Position numbers and translations under genes: made by a program
The notes under the pieces: model-generated
The model's input: the letters and a program-made list of their open reading frames with translations, nothing else
Databases searched by the model: none
What the model was told of the DNA's origin: nothing
Part shown: positions 29,117 to 38,887 of the stretch, piece by piece
How positions within the stretch are numbered: the first letter of the stretch is position 1
Layout: every line of letters starts with the position of its first letter
Source: an uncultured Parabacteroides sp.
GTDB taxonomy: Bacteria; Bacteroidota; Bacteroidia; Bacteroidales; Tannerellaceae
Direction of reading: 5' to 3'
DNA: 51,092 nucleotides
Assembly (NCBI GenBank): GCA_947036995.1
Contig: CAMQTD010000001.1
Location: forward strand, 1-51,092

Positions 29117-32098
29117 TTATTTGTCTTCTTTCTTGCTTGCTCTACGCTTCATTACTTCATACGCAACTGGTGTTGCAATGTATAATGTAGAATAAGTACC
29201 TACAATAATACCAAGTAAAATAGCAAAAGTAAAGCTACGAATCGTACTACCACCTAATACAAAGATACACAACACAACAACTAATGTACTTAACGAAGTA
29301 CTAAATGTACGTGCTAATGTTGAATTCAATGCATCATTGATTACTTGGAAACGATCGCGTTTAGGATATAAAGCAACTGTTTCACGGATACGGTCAAATA
29401 CAACCACTGTATCATTCATTGAGTAACCAATAATCGTTAGGATAGCCGCAATAAACGTTTGGTCTACCTCCATAGAGAATGGCATTACTTTCCAGAACAA
29501 TGTGTATGCAGAAATAATACATAACACAGTTACTGTAACAGATGCTAATACACCTAAAGAGAAAGCGATATCTCTAAAGCGAAGCAATACGTAAAGAGCC
29601 ATACAGATCATAGCGAAAACAACCGCTAACAATGCACTATTCTTAATATCGTCTGCCATGCTTGCTCCTACTTTCTGCGAGCTTTGAATAAAGTCAGCGC
29701 TGAATTGGTCAACTGTAGTTCCAGCAGGAAGCAACGTTGTTAATCCATCAAATAACTTTTGTTCGATCTCTTGATCTACAGTAGGATCATTATCAGTAAT
29801 CTTATAGTTGGTAGAGATACGTACTTGATTATTTGTTCCGATTGTGATTACACTTACCGAACCATCTAATTGCGCATCTAAAAGCGTACGTACATTATCT
29901 GTTTTAACTGGCTCTTCGAAACGAACGATGTAGTTACGACCACCCGTAAAGTCAATACCATTATTCAAACCAACAGTTGCCATTGATACAACACCAAGAG
30001 CGATTGCTACGAGTGGAATCAAATAACCCATTTTGCGTTTTCCTAAGAAATTTACTTTCGGATCTACTAATAAGTTTTTAGTCAACGATGTTGTAAATGT
30101 AATGTTCTGAATCTTTCCTTTAGCAAGTAATCCTTCGTAAACAATACGCGTTAAGAATACTGCTGTAATGAATGATGAAACCAATCCAATAATCAACGTA
30201 GTAGCAAAACCACGGATAGGACCTGTTCCGAAATAGAACAATACAACACCTGTTATAATTGTTGTAAGATTCGAGTCAAAGATTGCAGAGAATGCATTCT
30301 GGTAACCGTCTTCAATAGATTGTTTAATTTTCTTACCCGATAGAAGCTCTTCTTTAGCACGTTCGTAAATCAATACGTTCGCATCTACCGCCATACCTAA
30401 TGTAAGTACCATACCGGCAATACCCGAAAGCGTTAACACCGCTTGGAAAGAGGCTAATACACCTAACGTAAAGAAGATATTAACAACCAATGCACTGTTA
30501 GCAATCATACCCGGAACTAATCCGTAAGCTGCACACATATAGATCATCAATAAAACCAATGCCAATGCGAATGAAAGCACACCAGCAGAAATAGCTTCTT
30601 GACCCAATGATGGACCAACTACGTCTTCTTGAACAATACGAACAGAAGCGGCCATTTTACCAGACTTCAATACGTTTGCTAAGTCTTTCGCCTCCTCTGG
30701 AGTAAAGCTACCTGAGATAGACGAACGTCCACCTGTAATCTCTTGATTTACGTTTGGAGCTGAATAAACCATCTCGTCCAAAACGATTGCAACAGATTTA
30801 CCGATATTTTCTTTCGTCAATCTTGCCCAAGCTTTAGCACCTTCAGCATTCATCGACATACTTACTTGAGGCTCCGAGCGTCCGCCCACTTGCTCAAATA
30901 CGTCAGAAGCATCTGTTACTACATCACCAGCAAGAGCAGGCGTACCATCACGATTTGATTGCTTGATAGCGTATAGTTCGAAATAAAGTTCTTTTTCGTC
31001 AATTGCTTTTACACCCCACTTCAAAGAAAGGTTACGAGGCAATACCTCTTTCACTTGCTTAAGTGATAAGAACTCATTGATCTTAGCAATATCTGAAGAG
31101 CGAGCTACACCGACTACAGAACCTGGAGATAACTGTCCGTTATACTGGCTAATTTGTAAAAGGGCAAACAATGGATGCTCTTTAGCAAACTGAGCAGCAG
31201 AAAGGTTTGCTTGTTCAGGTTTTTCTTTACCAATTTCAGCTAATAAAGAATCTGCATCAGTTGTTGCAGCCTCTTTAACAGCAGCAGCTGGCTCAATTTC
31301 AACAGCATCAGCAGCTACATCAGCCACTTCAACTACATCCATTTTAGCAAGCAATTGGTCTGCAGCAACTAAGCTTTGATAGATTTCAGGTAACGTATAC
31401 GTTTCCCAAAACTCAAGGTTAGCACTACCTTGTAACAATTTACGCACACGCTCTGGCTCTTTAACACCTGGAAGCTCTACTAAGATACGTCCATCAGTCT
31501 CTAAACGTTGAATGTTTGGAGAAACAACTCCAAAACGGTCAATACGTGTACGCAATACATTGAATGAGTTATCTATTGCACTCTTTAACTCTGCACGGAT
31601 AACAGTTAATACTTCATCATCTGTACTTTGAGGAGTGATTTTATCTTTCAATTCAAAAGTACTAAATACAGCCGAAAGTGGTGCATTAGCAGCAATGATT
31701 TTGTACTCTTCTACAAATAAATCGATAAAGTCTTTTTGACTATCCGCTTGACGCGCATACGCTTTATTGATTGCTTCGTTAAAATTAACGTCTTGGTTAT
31801 TGTTAGATAGTGACTTTAGTACATCAGCTACATTAAGCTCCAATACTACGTTCATTCCACCTTTAAGGTCAAGACCTAAACTAATCTCTAACTCGCGACA
31901 CTCTTTAAGTGTGTAACCAAGCCACACTTTTTCTGTAGACAATGAGTCAATAAAACGACTCTCTTTTACCTGATCTCCTCCAGCATACTCAGCAGCTTTC
32001 TTGTTATAGTGTCCACTCACGAATGAGAACGACAAATAAAACAGACAAACCAACGTAAGTAATACGGCAAAGACCTTTACAAATCCTTTGTTCTGCAT
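29117..32098 (-). CDS. secDF: Fused protein translocase subunit SecDF
   Basis: 993 aa. It has two 6-TM blocks with periplasmic domains, and segments LDLKGGM, LGPSLGQEAI and GIDFTGG are typical of SecD and SecF. Confidence 0.95.
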   Translation of the reverse strand: MQNKGFVKVFAVLLTLVCLFYLSFSFVSGHYNKKAAEYAGGDQVKESRFIDSLSTEKVWLGYTLKECRELEISLGLDLKGGMNVVLELNVADVLKSLSNNNQDVNFNEAINKAYARQADSQKDFIDLFVEEYKIIAANAPLSAVFSTFELKDKITPQSTDDEVLTVIRAELKSAIDNSFNVLRTRIDRFGVVSPNIQRLETDGRILVELPGVKEPERVRKLLQGSANLEFWETYTLPEIYQSLVAADQLLAKMDVVEVADVAADAVEIEPAAAVKEAATTDADSLLAEIGKEKPEQANLSAAQFAKEHPLFALLQISQYNGQLSPGSVVGVARSSDIAKINEFLSLKQVKEVLPRNLSLKWGVKAIDEKELYFELYAIKQSNRDGTPALAGDVVTDASDVFEQVGGRSEPQVSMSMNAEGAKAWARLTKENIGKSVAIVLDEMVYSAPNVNQEITGGRSSISGSFTPEEAKDLANVLKSGKMAASVRIVQEDVVGPSLGQEAISAGVLSFALALVLLMIYMCAAYGLVPGMIANSALVVNIFFTLGVLASFQAVLTLSGIAGMVLTLGMAVDANVLIYERAKEELLSGKKIKQSIEDGYQNAFSAIFDSNLTTIITGVVLFYFGTGPIRGFATTLIIGLVSSFITAVFLTRIVYEGLLAKGKIQNITFTTSLTKNLLVDPKVNFLGKRKMGYLIPLVAIALGVVSMATVGLNNGIDFTGGRNYIVRFEEPVKTDNVRTLLDAQLDGSVSVITIGTNNQVRISTNYKITDNDPTVDQEIEQKLFDGLTTLLPAGTTVDQFSADFIQSSQKVGASMADDIKNSALLAVVFAMICMALYVLLRFRDIAFSLGVLASVTVTVLCIISAYTLFWKVMPFSMEVDQTFIAAILTIIGYSMNDTVVVFDRIRETVALYPKRDRFQVINDALNSTLARTFSTSLSTLVVVLCIFVLGGSTIRSFTFAILLGIIVGTYSTLYIATPVAYEVMKRRASKKEDK

Positions 32099-32152
32099 TT
32101 CAATCTTATGTTTATGTTATTACATTATTTTTTTAGTGTTTTTTACAAGCTG

Positions 32153-32160
32153 CAAATATA
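32153..32160 (-). promoter_or_regulatory. -7 box TATATTTG (minus strand) for secDF
   Basis: The reverse complement of CAAATATA matches TAnnTTTG, 55 nt upstream of ATG 32098. Confidence 0.45.
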
Positions 32161-32235
32161 TACTTTTTTTTTTTGCAAAAGATGAATTGTATTAAATATT
32201 TGACATTCTCGTACCATAATTACATTGTATATACC

Positions 32236-32243
32236 TATCTTTG
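32236..32243 (+). promoter_or_regulatory. -7 box TATCTTTG for the DUF4468-flavin reductase gene
   Basis: TAnnTTTG match 28 nt upstream of ATG 32271. It overlaps the ORF-track TTG start at 32241, which I therefore reject. Confidence 0.5.
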
Positions 32244-32270
32244 TTCTCTAAATCATTAAAAACAAATGCT

Positions 32271-33467
32271 ATGAGACAACTTTTATTTTTACTTTTATGT
32301 ATTCCTTCCATTCTTTTTGCACAAGATAACTCCAAATATCTAGTTGGAGCCGTACCTGAAGTAAACGGAAAGGTTATTTTTTCCAAAATAATCAGCAATC
32401 CGGCTTACACAAAAGACCAAATGTATGCAACTCTACTCCAATGGGCAGAAAAGCAATTTATAGTAGACAGCGAACAGCAAGGGCGCGTTATTTTCAAAGA
32501 TGCAAAAGAGGGTATACTGGCCTGTTCGGGTGATCAGAATATTGTATTCAAGAGAGCTGCACTTTCGTTAGATCGCGCACGCATGCATTATAAATTAAAA
32601 ATATTCTGCGAAGATGGAAAGGCAATCCTCGATATTGAAAACATCCGCTACATATATAATGTTTCTTACCAAGATGCTCCCGAGAAATATTTAGCCGAAA
32701 CATGGATTACGGACGAAAATGCGCTAAATAAATCAAAAACAAAGATGATTAAAAGCATTGGTAAATTTAGAATCAAAACCATCGACCTTGTAGACGAGCT
32801 ATTTGCTAGCGCAACGGCTGCAGTAGGTGCAACTGTTGCACCTCAACAACAGATAGCAGCTACAAAAATTCAAGCAACAGCAACTCCAATCGCAACACAA
32901 GCAACAGTAGTCGCAGCTATTCCTGCCGTAGCAACACATACACCAACTCTACAAAATGAATTAAGTGGTTACAAAAGAATAGACGCGAACAAAATCCCAG
33001 GAAACATCATCAAGATGCTAACCGAAGATTGGATGCTTATCACTGCTGGAAACACTGAAAAGTTCAATATGATGACTGCCAATTGGGGTGGATTAGGTTC
33101 TATGTTTGGCAAACCTGTTGCTTTCTGCTTTATCGACCCTACACGCCACACCTTCGAATTAATGGAAAAAAACGACACATACACCCTTACATTCTATAGC
33201 GAAGCACACCGTGAAGCGCTTAATTTTTGTGGAAGCAAATCGGGCAAGTCTGTAGACAAGGTAGCTGAAACAGGCTTAACACCTATTACAACTGGCACTG
33301 GAAGCAAAGCATTCTCTGAAGCATGGTTGGTTATCGAATGTAAGAAAATGATCTCACAAACAATTACACCTGAAGCAATTTCGGACCCTGAAGTCAAAAA
33401 AGCTTGGAGCGGTAAGCAGTTACGTAAGATGTTTGTTGGCGAAATTATAAATGTTTGGGTTAAATAA
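32271..33467 (+). CDS. Fusion protein: signal peptide + DUF4468-like domain + Ala/Thr/Gln-rich linker + flavin reductase-like (FMN-binding split-barrel) domain
   Basis: The N-terminus MRQLLFLLLCIPSILFAQ followed by YLVGAVPEVNGKVIFSK is typical of DUF4468. The linker is ATAAVGATVAPQQQIAATKIQATATPIATQATVVAAIPAVATHTP. The C-terminus (KRIDANKIPGNIIKMLTEDWMLITAGN...MMTANWGG...FCGSKSGKSVDKV) matches stand-alone Bacteroides flavin reductase-family proteins. Confidence 0.7.
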   Translation: MRQLLFLLLCIPSILFAQDNSKYLVGAVPEVNGKVIFSKIISNPAYTKDQMYATLLQWAEKQFIVDSEQQGRVIFKDAKEGILACSGDQNIVFKRAALSLDRARMHYKLKIFCEDGKAILDIENIRYIYNVSYQDAPEKYLAETWITDENALNKSKTKMIKSIGKFRIKTIDLVDELFASATAAVGATVAPQQQIAATKIQATATPIATQATVVAAIPAVATHTPTLQNELSGYKRIDANKIPGNIIKMLTEDWMLITAGNTEKFNMMTANWGGLGSMFGKPVAFCFIDPTRHTFELMEKNDTYTLTFYSEAHREALNFCGSKSGKSVDKVAETGLTPITTGTGSKAFSEAWLVIECKKMISQTITPEAISDPEVKKAWSGKQLRKMFVGEIINVWVK

Positions 33468-33475
33468 ATAGAATC

Positions 33476-34015
33476 ATGAAACGAATATTCTTATTATTAA
33501 CAGCATTATTTACCTTGTGCAATATAGCACAAGGTGAGTTAAGCATAAGTGATGCTGTTGCTAAACAAAAAAAGATCACCTACACTTGCACTGAAACAGT
33601 AGCTGATAAAAGCAAAGCAGAGATCTACTCGCGCATCAATCGATGGGCTAAGAAAAATTATGGTAAAGATGTTTTTGTATCAACTGTTTCTTCAAATAAG
33701 CGTAATGGTACAATCTTTATTGGCTCTAAAATCGAGCTGCTACTGTCAGAAACAGATTCTACCATCTTAAAATACAAGATGAATATCTCTTGTTCACAAA
33801 ACAAGTACACAATCAAAGTAAGTGATCTATCCTACCAGTACGATCCACAAAACAACAAGCGATTTAAAATCTACCCTGCTGAGGATGTAATTGCGCAGCA
33901 AGGAAAGAATAACAAAGTGGCTATCATCAAAGACCCCGAGTTGTTTTACAAAGCAACATATGGATATATGGAAACGTTATTTGAGCAAATCAAACAAGCA
34001 GCATTCAACGATTAG
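33476..34015 (+). CDS. Secreted DUF4468-like protein
   Basis: It has a signal peptide, and its layout (KSKAEIYSRINRWAKKNYG) is similar to the N-terminal half of the preceding gene. Confidence 0.55.
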   Translation: MKRIFLLLTALFTLCNIAQGELSISDAVAKQKKITYTCTETVADKSKAEIYSRINRWAKKNYGKDVFVSTVSSNKRNGTIFIGSKIELLLSETDSTILKYKMNISCSQNKYTIKVSDLSYQYDPQNNKRFKIYPAEDVIAQQGKNNKVAIIKDPELFYKATYGYMETLFEQIKQAAFND

Positions 34016-35121
34016 TTGAGCTGCAAATAGCTCCAAATAGGATAGTGATCTGATGCTTCTATGCTATTATCCACCGTACAATTGAATGATTTAATATTTT
34101 TAGAGTGCAAAATATAGTCGATTCGGAAGAAAAAGAAATTTTGGTTATACGATATACCCAATCCCCTACCCGATTCAGAAAAAGCATCTAGCAGAGATTG
34201 TTGAATTGTACGGTGCGCATAAGAGATTGGCGTATCATTAAAATCGCCACACACCACCACATAATCACCCTTTGCATCTTTTATTTCGTCTGCCACAGCT
34301 TGTGCTTGTTTGGCTCTAATCCGAAAAGCAGGACCTAGCTTGCTATTGATTGTTTGCTTAAACGATTCAAATTTATCCGTACTCATATTCTTCATAAAAT
34401 CTGAATACTTTGTTTTATCCTCTGTGGTCAACTTAAACGATTCGAGGTGATTATTTATCAACGTAATCTTTTTATCCTTGAATTTAATTAAATGAACAGA
34501 CGAAGAGTTTGCTAAACTTTTATATTTGATTGGATAAGATTTTAAAATCGGATACTTAGAATAAATTGCAATATTAGAATTTCGTTTCACTTGAGACATC
34601 ACCTTACGATAAGGGTACATCTTAAGCGCCTTATTTAATACCGACTGGCTAATGTAATTACTATACTCCTGCAAACAGATAATATCAGCCCCTGAAGCTG
34701 CCAAATACGATACAATCGGATTTGGATCTTTCTTCGTATGCTTCATGTATGCAAAAGACATTACATTATAAGAGAGTACTTTGATTACATTTTTACCCTC
34801 AGGAACCGTTTGCCTGAAATGCAACGGGAAATAGGTCTCTATCGGACCCAAGCATATTAAAAACGAAGCTAAACAAACAAACACCTGCTTCCATTTACTT
34901 ATAAAGAGCCAATAGACCACAAAAAGAATGTTTAGCAAAGCTATAACAGGAAAGCCTAACCCTAGGTAAGATAACAATATGCTACGCGAAGGATCTACCC
35001 AGCCCGAATAGGCAGCAAGGATAAACATAAGAATCACCACTCCATTTACAACCATTGTAAATGAATGAAAGATATTTTTAATCCACACAGACAATTGGTT
35101 TGAGTTATTTTTTGCTTGCAT
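34012..35121 (-). CDS. Membrane-anchored endonuclease/exonuclease/phosphatase (EEP) family protein
   Basis: N-terminal TM segments are followed by EEP motifs (VLSYNV, CLQE, CGDFND, SDHYP). An alternative ATG lies at 35160; I prefer 35121 (17-nt overlap with the upstream rhomboid gene). Confidence 0.75.
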   Translation of the reverse strand: MQAKNNSNQLSVWIKNIFHSFTMVVNGVVILMFILAAYSGWVDPSRSILLSYLGLGFPVIALLNILFVVYWLFISKWKQVFVCLASFLICLGPIETYFPLHFRQTVPEGKNVIKVLSYNVMSFAYMKHTKKDPNPIVSYLAASGADIICLQEYSNYISQSVLNKALKMYPYRKVMSQVKRNSNIAIYSKYPILKSYPIKYKSLANSSSVHLIKFKDKKITLINNHLESFKLTTEDKTKYSDFMKNMSTDKFESFKQTINSKLGPAFRIRAKQAQAVADEIKDAKGDYVVVCGDFNDTPISYAHRTIQQSLLDAFSESGRGLGISYNQNFFFFRIDYILHSKNIKSFNCTVDNSIEASDHYPIWSYLQLN

Positions 35122-35989
35122 CAAATAGTTTTCTTTTTTCGTCACCCGAAAGGCTTTCATATCCAGATTGACGCAAACGGTCTAATATCGCATTTAATTC
35201 TGCGGCATTTTGTTGCTTACGTGTATTGTATTGCATATCTGTCTCTGAGCGAGGGTTAACGGTTACTTTCATTTTAGGTTTACGATTCACTATGTTCACA
35301 AACCAATCAACCAAACGATTCATCGGGCGTGTTAAGTCTTTTCCTTTTTGTATGCGTACGGCAAACCAGATACCAAACAAAGCACCTCCGATGTGAGCAA
35401 GATGTCCGCCAGCATTGTCTGAGGTTATAGCCAATAGGTCGACACCTAAAGTAAACAGCGCTAAATAGATTAATTTCACTCTACCAATTAGTAGCAGCTG
35501 AATCTCGTAATCTTTCTTATAAAATGAGATTGCAAATACAACTGCCATCACTGCACCAGAAGCTCCCATTAAGAAGCTACTCCCTTGCAGTGTATTAAAA
35601 TAGGGAAATATATTATACGAGAGTACAAACAATACAGCTCCCGCAATACCTCCAAGAAGATATAATCCACCCAACTGTCGCTCGTTTAGATACTGCAAAA
35701 AGATACGTCCAAACCAATACAACCAAAGCATATTAAATAAGATATGCATAAAATCGTAATGCGTAAACATATACGTAAACAGCGTCCAAGGGCGCACCAA
35801 CAGCAATGCCAAATCTGATGGCACTTGTAAATAGGTCAAGAAATCGATCCCTGTTACATTAAACAATGTAAAGAGAAGCGATGCTAAGCGTATCACCACA
35901 AAAAAAGCGATATTGATGTAGATAAACTTCATCAATACATCTCCTTGACTAAAACGCTGCTTTAATTTATTAATAAAAGTATTTTCCAT
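35105..35989 (-). CDS. Rhomboid-family intramembrane serine protease
   Basis: Polytopic protein with the catalytic Ser motif GASGAVMAV and His motif AHIGGALFG. Confidence 0.85.
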   Translation of the reverse strand: MENTFINKLKQRFSQGDVLMKFIYINIAFFVVIRLASLLFTLFNVTGIDFLTYLQVPSDLALLLVRPWTLFTYMFTHYDFMHILFNMLWLYWFGRIFLQYLNERQLGGLYLLGGIAGAVLFVLSYNIFPYFNTLQGSSFLMGASGAVMAVVFAISFYKKDYEIQLLLIGRVKLIYLALFTLGVDLLAITSDNAGGHLAHIGGALFGIWFAVRIQKGKDLTRPMNRLVDWFVNIVNRKPKMKVTVNPRSETDMQYNTRKQQNAAELNAILDRLRQSGYESLSGDEKRKLFDASKK

Positions 35990-36689
35990 TGTTGAAATCG
36001 TTCTTTTTCCAATATTTAATTAAGAAATAACCAAATAACATACCTCCAAGGTGAGCAAAATGGGCTACATTGTCTCCTCCAACGTTTGATACACCCAAAA
36101 ACAGCTCTGCTAAGCCATAAAACACAACAAAGTATTTCGCTTTAATTGGAATAGGTATAAACATCAGGTATAGCGGTACATTTGGGAATAACATACCAAA
36201 TGCCAATAAAATACCAAATACAGATCCTGAAGCACCGATGGTGACAAACATATTTAAAAACTGCGATTTATTCAATACTGTACCACCACCTATATCAATC
36301 ATCGTCTGTTTTGCAAACAACACATCGTTAAGATTAATAAACCACACCAGCTCTTGAACCAATCCAGCACCAATACCTGTTACAATATAAAAAATAAGAA
36401 ATCGTTTCGGACCCCATAGGTTTTCTAATATTCGCCCAAACATATACACCGCAAACATATTGAAAAACAGATGCGATAGCGAATCCGTACTATGCATAAA
36501 CATATATGTAAAAATCTGGAACGCATAAAAATCCGTTGCCCCCGGAAAGTGTAATCCAAAGATACTAACCAGATCGATGCCAAACTTAGGCAACACCATT
36601 GTAGCCATCCACACCAACGCATTTATTATGATAATATTTTTGGTAATCGTCGGGATACTATTAAAAAAGCTCGAACCTTGCTGATTCAT
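35970..36689 (-). CDS. Rhomboid-family intramembrane serine protease (second paralog)
   Basis: Motifs GASGSVFGIL and AHLGGMLFG. The start is placed at ATG 36689; the ORF-track TTG at 36743 lies inside the -7 box. Confidence 0.85.
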   Translation of the reverse strand: MNQQGSSFFNSIPTITKNIIIINALVWMATMVLPKFGIDLVSIFGLHFPGATDFYAFQIFTYMFMHSTDSLSHLFFNMFAVYMFGRILENLWGPKRFLIFYIVTGIGAGLVQELVWFINLNDVLFAKQTMIDIGGGTVLNKSQFLNMFVTIGASGSVFGILLAFGMLFPNVPLYLMFIPIPIKAKYFVVFYGLAELFLGVSNVGGDNVAHFAHLGGMLFGYFLIKYWKKNDFNNGKYFY

Positions 36690-36740
36690 ATTAATTAATT
36701 CTTTATGTTTTTGAATAAGTAGCAAATATTGAATAAGAGG

Positions 36741-36748
36741 CAAAGATA
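36741..36748 (-). promoter_or_regulatory. -7 box TATCTTTG (minus strand) for the rhomboid-rhomboid-EEP operon
   Basis: The reverse complement of CAAAGATA matches TAnnTTTG, 52 nt upstream of ATG 36689. Confidence 0.5.
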
Positions 36749-36833
36749 AAAATAATTATAAGATTATAGTTCCTCAAACAGACCCAATTTTGAAAAAGGA
36801 TCTGTGTGAGTAGAAAAAATCCTAGTAAAGTAT

Positions 36834-36841
36834 TATCTTTG
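36834..36841 (+). promoter_or_regulatory. -7 box TATCTTTG for argS
   Basis: TAnnTTTG match 39 nt upstream of ATG 36880. Confidence 0.55.
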
Positions 36842-36879
36842 TCGGCATAATTAGATAATAAATAATACAAAAGACAAAT

Positions 36880-38673
36880 ATGGCAATTGAGCAACAAATT
36901 TCGCAGTCCATCATCACAGGAATAGAACAACTGTATGATGCAAAAGTTTCTGCAGCACAAATTCAACTTCAGAAAACAAAAAAAGAGTTTACCGGACACC
37001 TTACACTGGTTGTATTTCCTTTTTTGCGTATCTCTAAAAAGTCTCCCGAACTAACGGCACAAGCCATTGGTGAGTACCTTCAGGCAAATGAGCCTGCTAT
37101 CACAGGATTTAATGTAATCAAAGGGTTCTTAAACCTGACCATTGCTCCTGCTTGTTGGCTTACGTTACTGAACGAAATCAATGCAAACCCTCGCTACGGT
37201 ATTGTTCCGGTTACAGAAAACTCAGAACTTGTAATGATTGAGTATTCGTCTCCTAACACAAACAAACCGCTTCACCTTGGGCACGTACGTAACAACTTGT
37301 TGGGATATAGCTTGGCAGAGATCATGAAAGCCAACGGATACAACGTGGTTAAAACAAACATCGTGAACGACCGTGGTATCCATATCTGCAAATCAATGCT
37401 TGCTTGGGAGAAATGGGGCGAAGGTGCTACACCAGAGTCGACAAACAAAAAAGGCGATCACTTGATTGGAGACTACTACGTGAAGTTCGACAAGATGTAT
37501 AAAAAAGAACTAGCCGAACTACAAGCAGCAGGACAAACCAAAGAGGAGTCTGAAAGCAACTCTACACTTATGAAGGAGGCACGCGAAATGCTTCTTAAAT
37601 GGGAAGCTGGAGACAAAGCTGTTGTGGAACTTTGGACGATGATGAACAACTGGGTATACGCTGGATTTGACCAAACATACAAAAAGATGGGTGTAGACTT
37701 TGACAAGATCTACTACGAATCTACCACCTACCTAGAGGGAAAAGACCTGGTATTAGAAGGACTTGAAAAAGGTGTATTCTACCGCAAAGAAGATGGCTCA
37801 GTATGGGCAGATCTTACCCCTGATGGATTAGACCACAAGCTTCTGCTCCGTGGAGACGGTACATCTGTATATATGACACAAGATATTGGTACTGCCAAAC
37901 TTCGTTTCAGAGATTACCCAATCAACAAAATGATCTACGTAGTAGGTAACGAGCAAAACTACCACTTCCAAGTACTTGCCTTGTTATTAGACAAAGTAGG
38001 CTTCGACTGGGGTAAAGATTTGGTACACTTCTCTTACGGAATGGTAGAACTTCCTGAAGGAAAAATGAAGAGCCGCGAAGGTACTGTCGTAGATGCCGAC
38101 GATTTGATGGACGAAATGATTAACACCGCCCGTGAGATCTCGCAAGAGCTAGGTAAACTAGACAACCTAACACAAGAGGAGATAGATAATATCTGCCGCG
38201 TTGTAGGACTTGGCTCGCTTAAATACTTTATCCTTAAAGTAGATCCACGCAAGAATATGACCTTCAATCCAAAAGAGTCTATCGACTTTAACGGTAACAC
38301 AGGTCCATTTATCCAATACACCTACGCCCGCATCTGTTCAGTACTTCGTAAAGCTGCCGAGCAAGCGATCGAAATACCTACAGCGCTTCCTACAAACACG
38401 CTAATAGCTGAAAGAGAAGAGAATCTTATTCAAACAATCTCAGAATTTAGCACTACTGTGAAGCAAGCAGGTACAGAGTATAGCCCAGCATTTATTGCAA
38501 ACTATATTTACGACTTGGTTAAAGAGTATAACCAATTCTACCACGATTTCTCAATCCTTAGAGAAGAAGACCTTCAACTAAAGGCATTCCGTTTGGTACT
38601 TTCTGCTAATGTAGCGAAAGTAGTAAAAGAGGGTATGGCACTGTTGGGTATTGAAGTTCCTGAGAGAATGTAA
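36880..38673 (+). CDS. argS: Arginine--tRNA ligase
   Basis: Class I HIGH region SSPNTNKPLHLGHVRN, a KMSK-like GKMKSREG, and a C-terminal anticodon-binding domain. Length is 597 aa. Confidence 0.95.
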   Translation: MAIEQQISQSIITGIEQLYDAKVSAAQIQLQKTKKEFTGHLTLVVFPFLRISKKSPELTAQAIGEYLQANEPAITGFNVIKGFLNLTIAPACWLTLLNEINANPRYGIVPVTENSELVMIEYSSPNTNKPLHLGHVRNNLLGYSLAEIMKANGYNVVKTNIVNDRGIHICKSMLAWEKWGEGATPESTNKKGDHLIGDYYVKFDKMYKKELAELQAAGQTKEESESNSTLMKEAREMLLKWEAGDKAVVELWTMMNNWVYAGFDQTYKKMGVDFDKIYYESTTYLEGKDLVLEGLEKGVFYRKEDGSVWADLTPDGLDHKLLLRGDGTSVYMTQDIGTAKLRFRDYPINKMIYVVGNEQNYHFQVLALLLDKVGFDWGKDLVHFSYGMVELPEGKMKSREGTVVDADDLMDEMINTAREISQELGKLDNLTQEEIDNICRVVGLGSLKYFILKVDPRKNMTFNPKESIDFNGNTGPFIQYTYARICSVLRKAAEQAIEIPTALPTNTLIAEREENLIQTISEFSTTVKQAGTEYSPAFIANYIYDLVKEYNQFYHDFSILREEDLQLKAFRLVLSANVAKVVKEGMALLGIEVPERM

Positions 38674-38681
38674 TATAAAAC

Positions 38682-38725
38682 AAATCGACTCTATTCAATG
38701 TAAAAAGATTGAATAGAGTCGATTT
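38682..38725. terminator. 18-bp hairpin terminator between convergent argS and the HTCS gene
   Basis: AAATCGACTCTATTCAAT (38682-38699) / ATTGAATAGAGTCGATTT (38708-38725). Confidence 0.75.
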
Positions 38726-38887
38726 CAAATAAATATAAAGGATGTACGTAATGATATATCTACAAACGCCTATCGTTGCTGTACATAAATCGACGCATTA
38801 GGTCTCCATCCAAGAAAAAAACACAACAACAACAATCCACATAATAAGAGTGAAGAGGTGCAACCGTACAAGGTAGGGCTTCGATGC

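Noticed and set aside
36703-36999. 98-aa minus-strand ORF spanning the rhomboid/argS intergenic region
   Set aside because: It runs through both divergent promoter boxes and the argS start. It is Cys/Leu/Phe-rich translated AT-rich spacer with no support.
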